Shown one piece after another: positions 1 through 13,346 of a DNA stretch of 64,000 bases. This DNA is from Eledone cirrhosa (Eukaryota), in the NCBI GenBank assembly GCA_964016885.1, contig OZ024763.1, forward strand, positions 19,530,001 through 19,594,000. Direction: 5' to 3'. Made by a program: the position numbers and the translations under genes. Below the pieces are notes generated by a model, which worked only from the letters and a program-made list of their open reading frames with translations, searched no databases and was not told where the DNA came from. Within the stretch, counting starts at the first letter, position 1, and each line of letters begins with the position of its first letter.

Positions 1-228
1 GCATGCATGCACACACGTACGCACACATATATACATATGTTTGTGTGTATGTGTGTGTGTGAGAGAAAAGGAGAATACACATATACACACACACACACAC
101 ACACAAACACCAACCTTGTAGGGGACTGTTCCACCCCTAGGCTACCTATCTATCTGGGTTATGGGTTGGGGGGAGCTATAGTCAAGCAGGGGTATGTCTA
201 GGTGGGGGTTGCATAATATATGTTACGT

Positions 229-1010
229 CTATGTGCTAGGTTTAAAATAGAAGAAGGAACTCAGGATTTTGTGTTGGCAAGAGGAGAAAATTTCCGATTT
301 CCTGTTAAGCAGGTTCAGTTTAGAGTGTATTATGGCATGGCATTCCAGTAAACACAGGTCAGAACTTCCGCTCTGCGGTCGGTATGGCGTGGATCTAGTA
401 AGCTTCCTCCAAAAAAGTTTGTATGGGGTACTATTATTTTTTAAAAAGGAGATGTATCCCGCCAGTGAGGTGGCATTCTTATGTCTATCGTGTCTAAATG
501 TGCCCATATACGCGTTATATCTAGTTTTAAATGTATTGGACGTTGATCCTATATATGTTTTGGTAGAGTTGTGTGTGGTTACGTCACATGCATATACGAT
601 GTTTTTTATGAGGCAATCCCCCCTTAGGGGACAATTACTACTCCGCCTACAATTGCAACAGCGGGTTCGATCAGTTAGTGTACCTCCCGAACTTTGGTTA
701 CTAGCATTATCACTAAGTGCCTCTATATCATTAGATGGCTCAGTGATGCTATTATGTTGCCATTTTCCAGTGTAGTCGGTTGCTGGTGGTTAACTGCCAT
801 TTTAATTGCTTCGAATCCCTCCTTAGTTTTCCTAATGTTCGTGCGTGCTTGGTGTGATGCGAGGTTATGTGTGGTCGAATAGGATAATTTAATCACGTTT
901 TTGTTAATTATGTTGCGATATCTATTGCCTGGTGGGAAGTTTTTTTCTAATAATGAGAAGAACACTCTGGGGTGGTTAGTGCGGACCTCAGAGTTAAAAG
1001 GTGGGTTAAA

Positions 1011-1016
<6 letters not shown>
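229..1016 (-). mobile_element. Penelope-like element (Naiad-type) 3' fragment, GIY-YIG region, frameshifted
   Basis: ORFs 723..1016 (YFNPPF...KNVIKLSYSTT) and 229..507 (KNATSLA...LCLLECH...LNRKSEIFSSCQH) match the C-terminus of the 22958..24670 PLE ORF. Confidence 0.85.
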
Positions 1017-1078
<62 letters not shown>

Positions 1079-1361
1079 TATATATATATATATATATATA
1101 AATTATATATATATATATATAAATTATATATATATATATATAAATTATATATATATATATAAATTATATATATATATATATAAATCATAAATATATATAT
1201 ATAAATCATAAATATATATATATATATATATAAATTATATATATATATATATAAATTATATATATATATATATAAATTATATATATATATATAAATTATA
1301 TATATATATATATAAATCATAAATATATATATATAAATCATAAATATATATATATATATAT

Positions 1362-1424
<63 letters not shown>

Positions 1425-1512
1425 TATATATATATATATATATATAAATTATATATATATATATAAATTATATATATATATATATAAATCATAAATATAT
1501 ATATATATATAT

Positions 1513-1594
<82 letters not shown>

Positions 1595-1612
1595 AATTAT
1601 ATATATATATAT

Positions 1613-1660
<48 letters not shown>

Positions 1661-1681
1661 TAAATTATATATATATATATT
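1012..1681. repeat. (TA)n compound microsatellite with AATT/AATCAT interruptions
   Basis: Seen directly. The YIYI ORFs here are artefacts. Confidence 0.95.
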
Positions 1682-1977
1682 GTTATACTTGGGGAGGGTC
1701 ATATTTGTGTAATATTGCCAGAATTAATAACAGAACACACTCACTGTTTGGTTGGTTTTCGCTTCTCGCTTCTGTGTCTTTTATATCGGTAATCTAACTT
1801 ACTCGGTCTGCAATGTTGCCATTGACTGATCGACGGTCAAAAATAATACAGATACAATATAGACACATATATATAGTTTATCATAAATCTTTCGTTGCAC
1901 ATCTGCAACATCGTCAGTGGTGTTATCGTTTCCTCCTGTTGTATTATATGTCTACGCCATTTTTATTCAGTCTGTCT

Positions 1978-2048
<71 letters not shown>

Positions 2049-2270
2049 TATATATATATATATATATAAAAGAGAAAACACAGGTAAGCATTAAGAAAAG
2101 GATTTTATCCAGGTATTTGCGACCGTTTCATTGGTAAGTGCAACCTTATATTGCTATACTGCAAACAGCAGCCACTCAATGATAATTGTTGTTCATGTCC
2201 AAATTTTCAAAATAGTGAGTAAGTTATTCTTACAAAAGTTCTTAGAAACCGTGTATGGAACTGGCTTTCT

Positions 2271-2400
2271 TAACGTAGTCAACACTTGTGATAAACCCCA
2301 TCACTGAAATGTGAAACACACAAATATACAGACACACTCTGGAAAGAAAATAAAATGTGAAGCTTGAGAAATCCTTCTCTTATACATCTCAACATATATA
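2271..2400 (+). pseudogene. Orphan 3' end and 3' UTR of a ZNF paralog
   Basis: aacgtagtcaacac...ataaaccccatcac...gacacactctggaaagaa...gcttgagaaatcc matches the terminal-finger tail and 3' flank of the genes at 32580, 35978 and 41774. Confidence 0.75.
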
Positions 2401-2544
2401 TTTGTCTGTGTGTATATATATATATGTCTAACACATCCTCGAAATGGAAGATGGATTTTAAACGATGATGATGATATATATATGTGTGTTTTTTTTATAT
2501 ATATATATATTACTCACTCAAACAGAAGAAATATACTCCCATAT

Positions 2545-2790
2545 ATCGAAGATTACCACAATAATTAGGGAATGGAGGACAAAATATGCTGGACATTGCT
2601 ACTGAAGGTAGGATGACCTGATGAGCTGGCTCCTGTGGTGGATACCTAAACATAGTAAGACCCTAGTGGGATGACTGAGATTGACCTACATAGATCAAAT
2701 GTCTCTGGAGATTAATGATCTCAGGAATGTCATAGAAGATCATGACATCTAAAAGACAAGAATAGAATTATTCTGGCCAAATAAATAATA
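2545..2790 (+). mobile_element. Old LINE (RTE-X-like) 3' remnant carried in the ZNF duplication unit
   Basis: Translates to YAGHCY..DDLMSWLLWWIPKH..LTYIDQ..DLRNAMEDR-like sequence ending in (AAT)n. Copies near 30400, 35380, 36810, 43605, 48460 and 59180. Confidence 0.65.
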
Positions 2791-2828
2791 ATAATATTAA
2801 TATATATTGATGAACAATGTATATAGCA

Positions 2829-2867
<39 letters not shown>

Positions 2868-4139
2868 CATATATTTTGTGTATCATCCTCATTACATCTG
2901 TTTTCTCATGCTTGCATAGGTTGTACAGGTCCTTCTCAGCATGGCATCTCTCCACTAGATGTGTTCCTTCATCATCTTCGCTTCCAGTCTTAGTGATTTG
3001 AGTTCAGCTCTCAACATTTGCCTGTGACTTTCTTGGTCGTCCTTTACCACGGCTTCCTTCCACTGGAATTTGCTGGCATTTCGTCACCCATCGGTCATTG
3101 TCCATATACATCACATATCCATACCACTGCAGTCATGTCTTCAATCTTATCTGTATTTAAGCCACTATACTCTTGGCCCACCTCCTCTGTTGCTAATAAG
3201 GTCCCCTAGATAGCAGAAGCTATCAAACCATATCTATAGATCCTTCCTGTGACTGGAAACATTAGCACTCTTCCACTCAATTTCTGCTGTGCCACGTCTA
3301 CATACAAAGATCTCTCTTCCTGTTAGACTACTCATTATCCCATATTTTGTGTACTATATATATATACCGTATATATATATGCATATGTGTAGCAAATCTG
3401 TCCACACGTTGACCCCTGGATGACATTTAACGGTAATTTTCTGGGTTATCTCCTATTGAGCGTCAACAGGTCTGAGATTGGGCAACCTAAAAAGATCAGG
3501 ACTTGGAGACAGAGGAAGTGACATAGATAAATAGTCTTAGACCAGGCCAAGCATTTTGGAGCATTTCTTGGAGTAAACATGTAAACTATTGCTTTCCACA
3601 GACTGTTTTGTTTCACTAACTCTTACTTTCTCTCTTTCACTCAATCTCTATCCCTTGGTTTCTCTCTCAACCCAGCCAGTGAAGTTCATGAAGCTTTCTT
3701 AATAAATACGAATTCAACTGTACTTTTACAAACAAACAAATAACGTCCATAATTCCTGTGTATTTTTCATATAGCTTCGGTGTAAGCTATTTTCAATAAA
3801 TTAATAATATAGCGGTTTTGTGTTATTGTGGTTCATTTATATATATTCCTTTTCTGCATGATCAAGGAACTATCATATCATCATCATCATGAACACTTAC
3901 TCACTTACCTTCACACATGCAACCTGTGGTCACACTATCACACAACAGTGACCACATCACACAGCAACAAATGAACCAACACTAAAACACAATCAACTAC
4001 CCTCAAATTATTGCTATATATGTTCACAGGCACATATATAAGCATATGTATGCTCACACACACATAAATGTCTATACACACACATATATGCCTATACACA
4101 CATATATGCATAAGTACACACACACGCACACATATTATC

Positions 4140-4695
4140 ACCATTTTACGTCCATTCGTTCACGCAAGCATGGGTTAGATGGGTTGTCCTGAAGTGAGCA
4201 ATGTTAGGTCGGGTGACCTTGTCTTGCTCATATGGGAACTGATTTTGGCTTGATTTCTACAGCAGGATGCCCTTATCTCCAACCTCATACAGTGAGTACT
4301 GGGTGCTTTTTTTCCGTGGCGCCTATACAACCATTTTACAATGTGGTTTGGGTGTTTTTTTTGTCAAGACACCTCAACGACGATTTTGCAGTGGATGGGG
4401 TTGGGAGCCTACTGTATATATGCTTCAGCTTTAACGTGTTTCCATGGGAAGTCGGGTCTTCTGTATTACTGCGTGATGCCAGAGGTCATGATCCTGTGTC
4501 ATCGCAGTTGAGAGGTGCAATTGCGCAAGATCTGCTTTTATCACCTCATCCCAGGTCTTCTTGTTTCTCCGCACTCCATGGCTTCAATAAAATTTTAGTG
4601 CTCTGCACTTTTTTATGCAGTTATCGTCCTTCATACGCATCACTTGTCCATACCAATGCATCCTCCTCTCCTGCACACAGCATTTGATTCCTCTC
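4140..4695 (-). mobile_element. RTE LINE 3' fragment
   Basis: Reverse complement of the RTE C-terminus and 3' UTR at 9250-9870 (RRMHWYGQVMRM...KTWDEVI; GGCATCC...CCATGCTTG tail). Confidence 0.8.
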
Positions 4696-5199
4696 TCTCT
4701 ATATATATATATATATTCATACATCCTATTATGTGTTCAATTCTCAACCAGGGAGATACATTGTGTCCTTAAGCAAGACACATCATTCCACGTGTCTCTA
4801 ATATCCAAAGCTGAAAAAGATAAGTAGCGGAATTAGTTGTAGGTTTAGCATGGGTTGGATCATTCTCTGCCTCCAACCTTTTCACTGCGGCCACAAACCC
4901 AGGTTTTATTACCGCAATAGAGAGAAGAGGAAGATAGTTAAATACCAGGGCCTGACTAGCCACTTCCTCTTTGTCCCCACACTGCTTATTTCTTCCTCAA
5001 CATTAGAAAGACAACAGTCCACTTGAGGAAGGAGTTCCATGAGGTGGAGTGGATGTGGCAGTGCGTTTCAGGCTATTCTCCGTGGTAACACCTTTGCCAT
5101 TTTGTCTGTAGGGTGGGGCTGAGTCATAGCTCAGACAGGAGTATATTGTCTGTCCCTCTCCCCCTCTCATTATTTTACATGCTTCATTCTTTTTCATTT

Positions 5200-6370
5200 T
5201 TCGTTCTTTACATTTCTAGTTTATTACCTCTAATAATGTGTTTTGTTGTAATATAAACAGCAATGTAAAATTAATGTTATTTATACAAATCTAAATAAAT
5301 TGTGCGCATATTGATAGAACGTGTGAATTGATATAATTGTTTCTACTTTTGGTACAAGTGAATTGATATAATTGTTTCTACTTTTGGCACAAGGCCAGCA
5401 ATCACCCAGTGCATTACTGGTACTTTATTTTATCGACCCCGTAAGGATGAAAAGCAAAGTTAACCTCGGCGGGATTTGAACACAGACCGTAAAGGGACGT
5501 AACTATGCTGGAAAGCATGGCTTCCGACTCTCTACTGATACTGCGATATAATGGAAGTTGTTTCTGAATGTATTAAATTATGTAAGGGACTTTTAAGTCA
5601 TGACACCGGCTTCAAGTAGCCAATAGAAAATTATCTACATCTGCTCCATTGTTACAAATTATACCTAATCTAATTTTATCTTTTATGGTGATTATTTCAT
5701 ATTAAGGTGGACGTTAATGTTTGTAAACAACATAAGGTGACTTATTTACCATATATTTGTTGTTTTATCACCTGTATTATTAAATATTTCATTTCATCAC
5801 AAACAACGCACTGCACCGTGAAGTGGTTATTCAACATTTTACAGGACATGCAAAATGTTTTTTTAATCAGAAATCACTGAACAATTAGTTCTTATTTTTC
5901 TTCACTTTATATTTGGTCGTGAAAACTAAAGTACGTATTATTTCGTTTTCCATCACAGCACAAACATTGTGAACTTTTCTACTATCTGAAATGAAAAGTC
6001 TTGATTTATTACAACACGTACATACATATTTCTACTCACACACACACACGCCTATTTATCTCACTCTCCCTCTGGCACATGTACACACTATAAAAGATAT
6101 ATGCATATATCTTGTAATTTGAATGATAAATATATATAATACACGCTTCAACTTTCTTCGTCGAAAATTAGTCTTACGCTGTCATATCTCTTATTACTGG
6201 TACCAACTGAATGGTACATTACAACTTTCTAGAAGAAGAAAGCCGAGTTTTGCAGTCTTTTATAGACACTGTATTGTGGAATACAAATCATCTATTTACG
6301 ATATGTCCATTTCTTAATATATGAGTATAAGTGGTGAGAATCCTTTATGTAAAGATCAATAGCTAAAAAT
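5200..6370 (+). promoter_or_regulatory. Conserved upstream block shared by all ZNF paralogs (putative promoter and 5' UTR exon)
   Basis: Same block lies before every ATG (about 13350, 27220, 31460, 35425 partial, 40735, 44640, 54790 partial, 60110). Contains a GCCAATAG motif in some copies, acceptor-like TTTTACAG|GACA and donor-like A(A/T)|GTACGT about 90 bp apart. Confidence 0.55.
5370..5544 (-). mobile_element. tRNA-derived SINE, family A (Nin/Deu-like core)
   Basis: Reverse complement has B-box GTTCAAATCC and core TTCATCCTTACGGGGTCGATAAAATAAAGTACCAG. Flanked by a gatataat direct repeat. Confidence 0.85.
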
Positions 6371-7468
6371 ATGTCTGCTTATAGCTTTGAGATTTGCAAG
6401 GAAACATTCTCTTCAAAACTGAAACTATCCTCACATGGGAAAATACACAGTAGAAAAAAAGCCTTCCACTGTGAAATATGTGGGAAATTGTTTTATCGTG
6501 GTTCTCATCTTGTACGTCACAAAAGAATACACACAGGAGAAAAACCTTATTCGTGTGAAATATGTGGGAAATCTTTTTCTCAAAGTTCTGCTCTTGTACA
6601 ACACAAAAGAATACACACAGGAGAAAAACCTTATTCATGTGAAATATGTGGGAAATCTTTTTCCTATGGCTCTGACATTGTAAAACACAAAAGAATACAC
6701 ACAGGAGAAAAACCTTATTCATGTGAAATATGTGGAAAATCTTTTTCTCGTGATTCTCATCTTGTAGATCACATAAGAATACACACAGGAGAAAAACCTT
6801 ATTCATGTGAAATATGTGGGAAATCGTTTTCTCATGGGTCTACACTTGTAGATCACAAAAGAATACACACAGGAGAAAAACCCTTTCATTGTGAAATATG
6901 TGGGAAATCTTTTTCTAGTAATTCTACACTTGTATATCACAAAAGAATACACACTGGTGAAAGACCGTTCCATTGTGAAATATGTGGGAAATCTTTTTCT
7001 CATGGTTCTCATCTAGTAAAACACAAAAGAATACACACTGGTGAAAAACCCTTCCATTGTGAAATATGTAGGAAATCATTTGCCTGCAACAGTGACTTGA
7101 AAAGACATAGAACAAAACACACTGGAGAAAAGCCCTTCCATTGTGAAACATGTGGTAAATCTTTCTACAATAATGCTACTCTTGTCATCCACATACAAAG
7201 TCACACTAGAGAAAAACCTTATTCATGTGAAATATGTGGAAAATCTTTTGTCTGGAGCAGTGGCTTGAAAAGGCATATAAGAACACACACAGGAGAAAAA
7301 CCTTATTCATGTGAAATATGTGGGACATCTTTTTCTGATAGTTCTCATCTTGTAGTTCACAAGAGAATACACACAAGAGAAAAACCCTATTCATGTGAAA
7401 TTTGTGGGAAATTTTACATTCAGAATTCTTCACTGGTTGTTCACAAACGTAGTCAACCCAAGTGTTAA
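6371..7468 (+). CDS. Tandem C2H2 zinc-finger protein (ZNF-1), 13 finger units, 11 canonical
   Basis: CxxC-x12-HxxxH repeats with TGEKP linkers. Finger 1 lacks its first Cys and the last finger lacks its second His. Confidence 0.9.
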   Translation: MSAYSFEICKETFSSKLKLSSHGKIHSRKKAFHCEICGKLFYRGSHLVRHKRIHTGEKPYSCEICGKSFSQSSALVQHKRIHTGEKPYSCEICGKSFSYGSDIVKHKRIHTGEKPYSCEICGKSFSRDSHLVDHIRIHTGEKPYSCEICGKSFSHGSTLVDHKRIHTGEKPFHCEICGKSFSSNSTLVYHKRIHTGERPFHCEICGKSFSHGSHLVKHKRIHTGEKPFHCEICRKSFACNSDLKRHRTKHTGEKPFHCETCGKSFYNNATLVIHIQSHTREKPYSCEICGKSFVWSSGLKRHIRTHTGEKPYSCEICGTSFSDSSHLVVHKRIHTREKPYSCEICGKFYIQNSSLVVHKRSQPKC

Positions 7469-7586
7469 ACCCCATCACTGGGAAATATGAAATACGCATA
7501 CACACATTGAAAGGAAGAGTATAAAATGTGAAATGTGATAAATCTTACTCTTACACATTGAAGCATATATACACTGAGGAATCTTG

Positions 7587-8450
7587 GTTCACAAACCTAT
7601 AGAAAGACCAGGTACCTCCGTAAAAACACTTATTAGCAAGACATACCCGTTCCAAAGACCCTCATGTATAGATAAGAAATGTATAACCTGTAAAATAAGC
7701 CCCCATATTAACTGTAAAACTAGAAATGTAGTGTATAGCATAAGATGTACTGAAGGACAATGTAGAGACAAAAATATAGTGTACATAGGTGAGACAGCTC
7801 GTAGTGTAGGGGAACGGATAAATGAACACTGGCGAGACCTTCAAGATAGTAAAGAATCATCTGTACTCTACCAACATGCTAAAATAGAACACAAGGGTAA
7901 ATTAGAGAACATAGAAATAAAAATAGAATCTACACACAGAAAAGACGCAATGTTTAGACAAATTACAGAGGCAATAAACATAAAAGAATTACAACCAAAA
8001 TTAAATAGAAAATATGAGTGGAACAGCAACATCACAACTTACAATTAAGGACAAAATGAAAACACACACACACATAGAACAAACAACCAACCAGTAACAT
8101 GTAAATAAACAAATAAATAAATGAACATAAACACACACAGACACCCGGATGTGGCGCATGCGCAGACTGAGCACACAACACACACACAGAAACAAAATGG
8201 CGTAGGACAGAACAAAGGAGAGGCACAGAAACAAAGAAAGGAATCCCCAGTCACTGAAGAGGTCACAGAGTGTGTGACAAAAGAACTATGACAATATATA
8301 AACAACTATCTGGTTGTGGAACCAACCAACCAACCAGAAATTTATAATAATAAATTGAAGTGAAAGCAACTGGTGCGTCTGTTTCTTATTGGCAACATGA
8401 CCCTCCCAAAGTATAACAATATCGGTTTCAACACACGATTTCAGATAGAG
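7587..8450 (+). mobile_element. 5'-truncated Penelope-like element (GIY-YIG endonuclease plus 3' region)
   Basis: ORF 7584..8048: C..C..C...NVVYSIRC...VYIGET.RS..ERINEH...EAINI...LNRK. Interrupts gaggaatcttg|actcac, which is intact at 47870. Confidence 0.85.
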
Positions 8451-8546
8451 AATCTTGCTAAACAAATTCAGAAACGAAATATATATCTATATATATATAT
8501 ATGTATAGAAATTATAAATATATATATATATGTATAGAAATTATAT

Positions 8547-8624
<78 letters not shown>

Positions 8625-8629
8625 TATAT

Positions 8630-9870
8630 TAACTGGCTAAAAATTAGCCTGGCTAAGACCAAAGTTCTAGTTTGTAGGAAAGAAAACAAGGCGGCGGTCC
8701 CTTCTGGGAAATGGTCGTGCTCGGTGTGTAGGAAAGGCGTAGGTAGAAACTCCATTTTATGTCCTAAATGCGAAGTATGGGTGCATAAAAGATGTAGTGG
8801 GATCACAGGTAAGCTAACTAAGAACATAGATTTTACATGTGGCCGGTGTTCTGGTGTAATAAGTAGCAGCAAGTGCCCACAAAATACTAGCTCTTTCAAT
8901 TGCGCAGAGGGTTCTATAGAAATAGTGGACAGCTTCCGTTACCTGGGCGATAAAATCAGCAGTGGGGGAGGGTGCTCTGAAAGTACTGTAGCTAGAGTCA
9001 GAACTGGTTGGAAAAAGTTCAGAGAGCTTATACCACTATTAGCTGCTAAAGGGTTCTCCCTAAAAATGAAAGGCAGGTTGTACGATGCCTGCATACGAAC
9101 AGCAATGTTGCATGGTAGTGAGACCTGGGCATTGTGTGCAGAGGATATACGCAGACTAGAGAGGAACGAAGCTTGCATGCTCCGCTGGATGTGTAACAGT
9201 AATATACGTGAACGGCAAAGCATAAACGAACTAAGGAAAAAATTAGAGATAAGAGGGATCAGATGTTGTTTACTCGAGAGAAGGCTGCGTTGGTATGGAC
9301 ACGTGATGCGCATGAAAGTCGATAGCTGTATAACAAAGTGCAGGGCAATAAAGATAGACGGTAGCCACGGAATAGGCAGACCTAGAAAAACATGGGATGA
9401 GCTGATAAACTCCGACCTCACACACTTACACCTCTCCAAGACAATGTCACTGGACCGAGACCTTTGGCGGTACTCAGTAACAGAGAAGACCCGCCTTGCC
9501 AGTAGGCATCTCTAACAAAATACACCCCCGTCCCGCCACCACCCCCACCCCATCCACACCACCCCGTTCTATGTAAAGTTATGTTGGTGCCGCGCCATCC
9601 AGGCCGAAACAAATGAGATCGTGTAGGTGTCACGACAAAAAAACACACAGTCCACGCTGTAATGTGGCCGTGTAGGCAACACGGTAAAAACCTCCCAGAC
9701 CCACACTGTAAATGTGGTTGGTGTTAGGAAGGGCATCCAACTGTAGAAAACCTGCCAGACAGTCCTATGCGAGCAAGACAATCACTCTTGCCTCAAGTGG
9801 GACTACCCCCGTCCAAACCCATGCAAGCGTGGAACACGGACTTTAAACATTGATGATGATGATGATGATG
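8630..9870 (+). mobile_element. RTE (BovB-like) LINE, 5'-truncated, with intact C-terminal ORF and (GAT)n tail
   Basis: ORF 8724..9515 with FRYLGD, HGSETW, RLRWYGHVMR and GRPRKTW motifs. Confidence 0.9.
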
Positions 9871-10274
9871 ATATATATATATATATATATATATATGTAT
9901 AGAAATTATAAATATATATATATATGTATAGAAATTATAAATATATATATATATATTTGTATAGAATTTATAAATATATATATGTATAGAAATTATAAAT
10001 ATATATATATGTATATATATAAATTTATATATATGTACGTGTGTTATATAGTTATAAAGGTATTTATTTACGCTTTAATTTATATTTTTAATTATCGTGT
10101 CTATAGTCTGCCTTTCATAGGTTATAGATTCCATACACTGGTGGTTTTTTCCCTGTATTATTGATAACGCACTATATATCTCTCTCTGGTGTGTTACCTT
10201 CTCAACATATTATATATATATATATATGTATAGAAATTATAAATATATATATATATATATATATGTATAGAAAT

Positions 10275-10349
<75 letters not shown>

Positions 10350-11410
10350 AGAAATTATATATATATATATGTATAGAAATTATAAATATATATATATATA
10401 TGTATAGAAATTATATATATATATATATGTATAGAAATTATATATATATATATATATATATGTATAGAAATTATATATATATATGTATAAAAATTATATA
10501 TATATATGTATAGAAATTATATATATATATATATGTATAGAAATTATATATATATATATATATGTATAGAAATTATATATATATGTATAGAAATTATATA
10601 TATATATATATATATGTATAGAAATTATAAATATATATATATATATATATATGTATAGAAATTATAAATATATATATATATATATATATGTAAAGAAATT
10701 ATAAATATATATATATATATATCGAGAGAGAGAGAGAGATAAATATAAACGGGTGTGTATGATTGTGTATAGAAGGAAGATTATATTAATAAAAGGAATT
10801 CCAACTTTGTCTGATTTACTCGTTTTATTTACAATCCTTTAACATTTATAATGGTATTGGAATGAAATAGTATGATAGAATATTAAATGTTCAGTGTTAA
10901 TTGAACAAGTACTTTCATGCTTTCATGCTTTTTGTGTGGTGTCAGTCAAGTTTGCAATTTTCAACTATATATATATATGTATAGAAATTATAATTATATA
11001 TATATATATATATATGTATAGAAATTATAATTATATATATATATATATATGTATAGAAATTATAATTATATATAAATATATATATATATGTATAGAAATT
11101 ATAAATATATATATATGTATAGGAATTATAAATATATATATATATATATGTATAGAAATTATAAATATATATAATATATATATATATATGTATGTATAGA
11201 AATTATAAATATATATAATATATATATATATATATGTATATAAATTATAAATATATATAATATATATATATATATGTATATAAATTATAAATATATATAA
11301 TATATATATATGTATAGAAATTATAAATATATATAATACATAAACATATATATGTATAGAAATTATAAATATATATAATACATAAACATATATATGTATA
11401 GAAATTATAA

Positions 11411-11471
<61 letters not shown>

Positions 11472-11560
11472 TATACATATATATATGTATAGAAATTATA
11501 AATGAATAAATATATATATAGAAATTATAAATCAATAAATATATATACATATAGAAATTA
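9870..11560. repeat. (TA)n-GTATAGAAATTATAAA minisatellite
   Basis: Unit repeated dozens of times, with short unique interruptions. The same unit lies left of the RTE at 8477-8630. Confidence 0.9.
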
Positions 11561-11846
11561 TATAATATAATTGAATATAAAAGAGAGATAAACCCAGATA
11601 TAAACATATATGTGCTGAAATCATAAGAGACCAGAGTCTGTTAAACCCTATTGTTCATAGTATTTTCTTCACCCTAGTGAATCTGCTCCCTTACGATTTG
11701 AACACATATGTTTATATATGTGTTTAACTCTCTTTTATAGTCAATTATATTACATGGCTCAGAAAAACCTCTTTCTTTGAGCTATTTAATTGAAAGAGAC
11801 TATTTTGAGTTTCTAACTCAATATATTCTTTTGATATATATAATAT

Positions 11847-11894
<48 letters not shown>

Positions 11895-12635
11895 ATTATT
11901 ATTATATAGTGTATACAATAGTTGTAATGTCACTGGTGCCGATCTATATCAGCCTTTCCCTTGGACAACATGATATATAATCTATATATATAGGAAAATA
12001 CTATATATAGTGTATATATGGTGTATATAGTAGTTGTGACAATATTCTATATACATATGTACACACGCACACTGACAAACATGTATATACATATAGAAGG
12101 GTCGGATGAGGAGTTCATAGGCTGACCAAGTTACTCTCATGGAATATGACAATATATACTGACAAATATATACTTATACATATGTATATAAACACATATT
12201 TTATAGTAAAGTCATACAGCATATTGTAATATCATGTTTTCAGCTTTGGAGGTACATTGTGTCCTTAAGCAAGACACATCATTCCACATGTCTCTAATCT
12301 CCGCTGCTGAAAAGACTAGTAACATTATTAGTTGGAGGTTTAGCATGGGCTGGAATATTCTCTGCAGCCACAAACCCAGGTTTTACTACCTGAAATAGAG
12401 AGAAGAGGAAGATAGTTAAATACCGGGGTCCGACTAACTACTTCCTAATTGTCTCCACACTACTGATTTCCTTCTCAAAATTAGAAAGACAACAGCCCAC
12501 TTGAGGAAGGATGTTGCAGTGGGTGTCTCTGGCTATTCTTTGTGGTAACACCTTTGTCACTTTGTCTGTTGGGTGGGGTTGAATCACATCTCAGACTGAA
12601 ATATAATGTCTGTCCCTTTCCACCTCCCATTATTA

Positions 12636-13346
12636 GGTGCGGTGGAATGGCAGCATTGGTAGAGAGTCGGACGCCATGCTTTCCAGCGTAGTTACGTCCC
12701 TTTACGGTCTGAGTTCAAATCCCGCCGAGGTTGACTTTGCCTTTCATCCTTACGGGGTCGATAAAATAAAGTACCAGTAATGCACTGGGTAATTGCTGGC
12801 CTTGTGCCTAAAGTAGAAACAATTATTAGGGCGTATCGGTAGAGAGTTGGACGCCATGCTTTCTAGCATAGTTACGTCCCTTTACAGTCTGAGTTCAAAT
12901 CCCGCCGAGGTTAACTTTGCCTTTCATCCTTATGGGGTTGATAAAATAAAGTACCAGTAATGTACTGGTTAATTGCTGGCCTTGTGCCTAAAGTAGAAAC
13001 AATTATTTTAGTGGTGGATTGGCAGTATCGGTAGAGGGTCAGATGCCATGCTTTCTAGCATAGTTACGTCCCTTAACGATCTGAGTTCAAATCCCGCTGG
13101 ATAATTGCTGGCCTTGTGCCAAAAAGTAGAAACAATTATTTTAGTTACGGTAGGGCGGTGTATTGACAGTATCGGTAGAGGGTCGGGCGCCATGCTTTGA
13201 AGCATAGAGTTACCTCCCTTTATGATCTGAGTTCAAATCCCGCCGAGGTTAACTTTGCCTTTCATCCTTACGGGATCGATAAAATAAAGTACCAGTAATG
13301 TACTGGATTAATTGCTGGCCTTGTGCCAATAGTAGAAACAATTATT
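12636..13346 (+). mobile_element. Four tandem copies of SINE family A
   Basis: A-box TGGCAG(C/T)AT(T/C)GG, B-box GAGTTCAAATCC and shared tail GCTGGCCTTGTGCC(T/A)AAAGTAGAAACAATTATT. Confidence 0.9.

Noticed and set aside
2637-2665. CTGATGAG motif repeated in each unit as a possible hammerhead
   Set aside because: No stem II or GAAA. It lies inside a decayed LINE coding remnant.
12636-13346. tRNA genes suggested by A/B boxes
   Set aside because: No cloverleaf. These are SINE heads.
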